64,000 nt of DNA from Octopus vulgaris. Lineage: Eukaryota. Below, piece after piece: positions 59,663 to 64,000 of the stretch (its first letter is position 1; every line of letters starts with the position of its first letter). The stretch lies in the NCBI GenBank assembly GCA_951406725.2, contig OX597828.1, positions 29,636,001 to 29,700,000 of the forward strand. The letters are read 5' to 3'. Position numbers and translations under genes: made by a program. The notes under the pieces were generated by a model. That model did not search any database, was not told the DNA's origin, and saw nothing but the letters and a program-made list of their open reading frames with translations.

Positions 59663-60354
59663 CACACTCTATATCAACAAGGATATGTCTCAGGTTTGAA
59701 ATATTTCTAATATACACTTCATCCCTTGCATCACCTCTAACAAGGTCTATCTGAACTGAAGTGACAACCACCTTCATTCCTCTCAAACTTACCCATTCGA
59801 AACGTTATCCACTTGTAACCTAGACAACCCAAGCCATATCTGTAAAGATATCAAGCATAGTGGCTGTGAAGGTATCTTTCTGTGAAGGAACGTCGATCTT
59901 CTGTCTTTCAGAGGTAATAATGAATACATGCATTTCTCATATGAAGAACAACCACCCACCAAAAAAACAAAACAAAACAAAACAAAAACAAAACATAAAT
60001 TTCCCTCCCCACCCAGTAAACATGAAGTGTACACCACAAGGACTCTCTTGACCGCACCGAAACCTAGGCATTACTGTCTACAAGAATCTCACTTCACGAA
60101 AACGTACATTATTAAAATAGCTAGAAGTGCATCTAAAATACCGTTCCCTTCTTTTCAGCGAAGGAATTTCTCCCCCCACCCTAACCATCTGGGGAACAAC
60201 AAACAAAAAAGAATACTGATCCTTTACGAAACTCAGGTGACAAGAATGCCGGAATAATCCCCAATCTGGAACGCAATTGTTGTTGTATGCAAAAACATCC
60301 TGGACTGCATCCAGAGAAATGCCACTCGACTGATTTTTATATTCAGATTCACAG

Positions 60355-60520
60355 AGTTAGTAGACCTGTTATTATGCCGGATAAAATGCTTTAACACCAG
60401 TTAAACCGTCTTTACATTCTCAGTTCAGATTCTGCCGAGGTTAACTTTGCCATTCATCCTTCCGGGCTCGATAAAATAAGTGCCCGTTGAGCATTGGGGT
60501 CGATGTAATGTGACTTAGCT
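60355..60520 (+). mobile_element. Meta-like SINE, diverged
   Basis: TTCTGCCGAGGTTAACTTTGCCATTCATCCTTCCGGGCTCGATAAAATAAG core. Confidence 0.75.
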
Positions 60521-60963
60521 GTACTTCTTGGCTTTGTTACTGTTATTCAACAGTTAGTGGGTTCGTAGTGGCGCTGCTTATAGTGGTTTTAGTGCTGATG
60601 GTGGTTGTGGGGATGTTGATAATAGCAGCGGTGCTAAAGGTCGGTTTATAGAGAGTCACTTATTGTGATCAAACAAATAATATACAAACACAAATATTGA
60701 TAGAAAAAGTTTCAACTCGATCTCCATAAGTGGTTATAATGACGCATACACAAACTTTCACACATACACACACAAACTTTCACACACACACACAGAGGCT
60801 CACGCCCGCGCGCACATGTATGTTCTATAGTCTTTATAGTCTTTCAAATTGGTAACTATAATTTGATCGTAGCCAAAATGCCGAGACGCAGCCGCATGGC
60901 TAAACACAAACTGCAATTTTTTAATTCTTAAAATCTATCCGAATTTTCTTAAGGGCAAAATTA

Positions 60964-61010
60964 TGTCAGTGAACAGGTCGCGGTCCTATAGCGACGAAAA
61001 TATTTTGACA
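60964..61010 (+). ncRNA. Minimal type I hammerhead fold, G3-C8 core variant, in a repeat ending at 61153
   Basis: TGTCA GTGAACA G GTCGC ggtcctata GCGAC GAA AATATT T TGACA. Perfect 5-bp stems I and II, G10.1-C11.1, palindromic stem III. Confidence 0.65.
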
Positions 61011-61485
61011 AATTAAACTTAAATGTTTGTGTGTTTCCTAAATGGCTTTTTTGTGTTTCTTAAATGGCTTACAAACACCTTCCACGATGCAATTGTTTTC
61101 GTTCCAGTACACGATCTCAGATCAAATCACTTGCTATGCAAGTACATCTCCGTAAAATTATAATCATATCTCGAAATCTGTAGTTATATTTTAAAATCCT
61201 GTAACTCGTGATAGCTGTAACGCGATTTCTGTAACTGCAACTAAGACAGCCCAAGAAGAACTCCCAGGTTTCTCCATTTACTACCTCATGTAGTACCTTG
61301 TCAGTATGTGAGTGCAACATGAATGAAGGATATGCATAGTATTTTCGTTTAAAATTTTCTTGCGATGAAATCGTCTCTCAGTGCCTCATCAAAGATATTT
61401 TAACAGCGAATTAGTTATTTCATAGCAATTTTGCCTTCTTTTAGAAGCTGAATATGATTTAAGGAAATTACGGTTTATATTTATA

Positions 61486-61871
61486 CTAGCAGTATCGCCC
61501 GGCGTTGCTCAGGTTTGTAAGGGAAATAACTATAAAGCATTTTTAGAGAGTTATAGCCAAAAAATAGCAAAAAAATGGAAAAAAAATTATGGTAAATTTT
61601 TTTTTGAGAGTAAAAAAAGGTTGAGTTGCGTCCCCTAGACAGTCTGTGGTTTGTTTTTTTTGATTCTCGACCCCATGTCGAATTTATCGATTTTTCAGAA
61701 CTGGGGTTAACTTTTCAAAATTTTCGCTGCGTTAGTTTTGAATTATGACATTGGGCTATGTGTGTGTCAAGTTTCATCAGAATCGGTTGAAAGCCGTGGT
61801 CAGGGTGAGGGTACGAGAAAACAGACACACAGAAACACGCACAGACAAACTGCCGTTTATATATAGAGAGA
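61486..61871 (-). mobile_element. Complete non-autonomous Helitron
   Basis: Reverse complement starts TCTCTCTATATATAAA and ends in the hairpin CCTGAGCAACGCCGGG followed by CTAG. Inserted between A and T with no TSD. Confidence 0.85.
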
Positions 61872-62295
61872 TAATGAAACAATACGTAATTATTATGGTA
61901 ACAGATATTACAAAATCCACTCTCAAACAAGCTTCTCTACTCGAATATTTCTAATTATCCCCTGATTCGCAAGCAATGTGGCTATTGTTTGAGTCTCGCC
62001 AGGTAGTGTTTTGGGCCTTTTTCATTGTCTGGAATAGGTGTTTCCATTTCTAATATTTACATGAAAATATTAGCTGTCACATTAGAAGTTCGTTTAGTAT
62101 TAGGTACAGTTCTATATTTAAGAGATGAGGAATTATATACATTAGTTACATTATTTACATTCGACGGATATTTCTCCTCATCTTGTTTGTTGTTAACACA
62201 ACATTTCGGCTGATTTACCCTCCAGTCTTCTTTAGGTGTCTTGGGGAAATTTCGAACCTGGGTTCTCATTCCTAAGGTATTTTTCGATGTTGTTG

Positions 62296-62328
<33 letters not shown>

Positions 62329-62344
62329 TTATTGTTAGTGTTCA

Positions 62345-62417
62345 GATCAATGCTTGAAATGGAACTCGGAATCTTGGGGTTAATAGCCCGCGCTCTTAAC
62401 ATCTACGCCATATGCCC
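62345..62417 (-). other. tRNA-like module inside the pLTR
   Basis: Reverse complement GGGCATATGGCGTAGATGTTAAGAGCGCGGGCTATTAACCCCAAGATTCCGAGTTCCATTTCAAGC: A-box and B-box-like motifs at tRNA spacing. Not a functional tRNA. Confidence 0.6.
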
Positions 62418-62426
62418 ACGAGTAAC

Positions 62427-62822
62427 ACAACACTTCGCCAATATCTTCTTCGAGTAAAACCACTAATAGAAAAGAATGTGACCAAAGACTGCGTGTACTC
62501 CTTCCCATGCAGCTGTGGTAGGTTATACAAAGGCTAAACATGCCGCCCCCTCAAAATAAGGGTAGACGAACATCGCAAAGCTGTGACACGAGTAGATATT
62601 GATAAATCGGGTATAGCTGATCATGTATGGAAAAATGGAGATCACCTTCCCCTGTGGGATGAAGTTAAAATTATAGACGGAGAACACCACTGGAAAATAT
62701 GAAAACTAAATGAAGCAGCACATATGCTAGGACTGAACAACCTCCTAAGCAGACCGAGTGGAGATATGAGCAGAATATGGGAACCGGTATTAAGGAAGGA
62801 TAGAAAAATATTAGAGTTATAA
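62427..62822 (+). pseudogene. PLE GIY-YIG endonuclease domain with two internal stops
   Basis: TTLRQYLLRVKP..DCVYSFPCSCGRLYKG*TCRPLKIRVDEHRKAV..KSGIADHVW..WDEVKIIDGEHHWKI*KLNEAAHM..LSRPSGDMSRIWEPVL; a single frame of 132 codons. Confidence 0.9.
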
Positions 62823-63000
62823 GCCCTGAAATTCACTCCATAATTGCCCACGGGTATATGACTTAGTGGTTAAGAACACGGGCTGAACACTAATAATAGT
62901 GACCTGAACACTAATAACAAGCAGTGACCTGAACACTAATAATAATAATACCATCAAGAAATACCTTTGGTATGAGAACCCAGGTTCGAAATTTCCCCAA

Positions 63001-63046
63001 GACACCCGAAGAAAGCTGAGGGGTATATCAGCCGAAACGTTGTGTT
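63001..63046 (+). ncRNA. Minimal hammerhead fold in the pLTR (inverted sister at 62195-62240)
   Basis: GACAC CCGAAGA A aGCTGA ggggtata TCAGCc GAA ACGT T GTGTT. The sister has core CTAAAGA, implying a CTGAAGA ancestor. Confidence 0.65.
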
Positions 63047-63522
63047 AACAACAAACAAGATGAGGACAAATATATGTCGAATGTAAATAATGTAGTATTA
63101 AGTAGTTTAGAATTTCTTTATTTTCAAGTGGTTCTTTTTTTTTCTTCCAGCCAAAATATGAGACCACACTATGTTAGACACAAGAGTAGACATTTTTCGG
63201 GTGTTAAGTGGCTGAGAAATTATCTGTGAAAAAAGTGTAAGATGCATGTGTAGATAAGATTCTTAGTTAGAAAGGAAAAATTGCAAGAAAAAAGAACCAA
63301 GAAATAGCAGGATGAGAAACTAGACTAATACATTTGCAGGCTTTAATTTTGAGGAAAAAAAAAAAAAAAATTGACGTGTTTTATTTGTTACTGACAGAAA
63401 ATTTTTTCTGTCAATTTTAAATGGGTTTCGAACGTTTTATGTTTCAGACTGTAGCTGCTAATTTATAATTTTATTTTATTTGAGAAGATATATCTTATAT
63501 CAACTAGAGCGTGGAAGGCTCT

Positions 63523-63816
63523 TGTTATTAGTGTTCAGGTCACTGTTATTAGTGTTCAGGTCACTGTTATTAGTGTTCAGGTCACTGTTATTAGTGTTCA
63601 GGTCACTGTTATTAGTGTTCAGGTCACTGTTATTAGTGTTCAGGTCATTGTTATTAGTGTTCAGGTCACTGTTATTAGTGTTCAGGTCACTATTATTAGT
63701 GTTCAGCCCGCGTTCTTAACCACTTAGCCATATACCCGTGGGCAATTATGGATTAAATTTTAGAGCTTATAAATCTTATATTTTTCTATCCTTCCTTAAT
63801 ATCGGTTCCCATATTC
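63523..63816 (-). repeat. Third PLE pLTR/ORF-end fragment with a 21-bp minisatellite (TGTTATTAGTGTTCAGGTCAC x8 plus a partial unit)
   Basis: 63691-63816 is the reverse complement of about 62774-62900. The repeat unit derives from the pLTR. Confidence 0.9.
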
Positions 63817-64000
63817 GTCATTCATAATCAGAAAAACTGTTAATTTCTCTTAGTGCAACCGTATCAGTGTCCAGCTCACAGTTAAAGCGACGAAAAAGTT
63901 CACACCCAATAATAATTGTTTGAGCAAAGCAAAGGGGATTTGTGTGTATTTGAATGGCTAATGTGCTTCTGTCAGGTAAGGCGCCGAGTTGGCAGAAACA

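Larger units (their letters stand above)
62105..63093 (+). mobile_element. 5'-truncated Penelope-like element with inverted upstream pLTR (62105-62425 minus; ORF end and pLTR 62426-63093 plus)
   Basis: GIY-YIG remnant flanked by reverse-complement copies of the same terminal repeat, a known PLE insertion structure. Confidence 0.9.

Noticed and set aside
62345-62417. Functional tRNA gene
   Set aside because: Acceptor and T stems do not pair properly and it is embedded in a retroelement repeat; the SINE heads elsewhere are likewise not tRNA genes.
62965-63001. TATGA/AATGA-GAACC-GGTTC-GAAATTTC as a second hammerhead (similar motif at about 14165-14190)
   Set aside because: A stem II and GAA are present but the N-U-G-A part of the core is missing, so it cannot be called a ribozyme.
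63523-63710. Regular 21-bp repeats as a CRISPR array or repeat protein
   Set aside because: The units are contiguous with no spacers and derive from the neighbouring pLTR; eukaryotic context, no cas genes.

Overview
AT-rich, microsatellite-saturated eukaryotic DNA. The repeat inventory (tRNA-derived Meta-like and CORE-like SINEs, R4/Dong and RTE LINE debris, Penelope-like elements, Helitrons) fits an octopus/coleoid cephalopod intronic or intergenic region; the taxon is inferred from repeat character. I cannot support any intact host protein-coding gene, and almost all listed ORFs are translated simple repeats. Recognisable coding remnants are all transposon-derived: R4/Dong RT and restriction-like endonuclease pieces beside (TAA)n tracts, a Penelope (PLE) GIY-YIG domain, a fragmented PLE RT, an RTE 3' end and a Tc1/mariner transposase end. 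The main hidden signal is a set of about a dozen type I hammerhead ribozyme folds from several unrelated repeat families. Their stems differ between families, most have a tiny palindromic stem III, and the core 3-8 pair appears as C3-G8, G3-C8 and U3-A8. Several of them sit at the inversion point of fold-back (palindromic) elements. One PLE terminal repeat also combines a tRNA-like Pol III head with a hammerhead. All folds were derived by eye; none has been tested for activity, and repeat boundaries are approximate.
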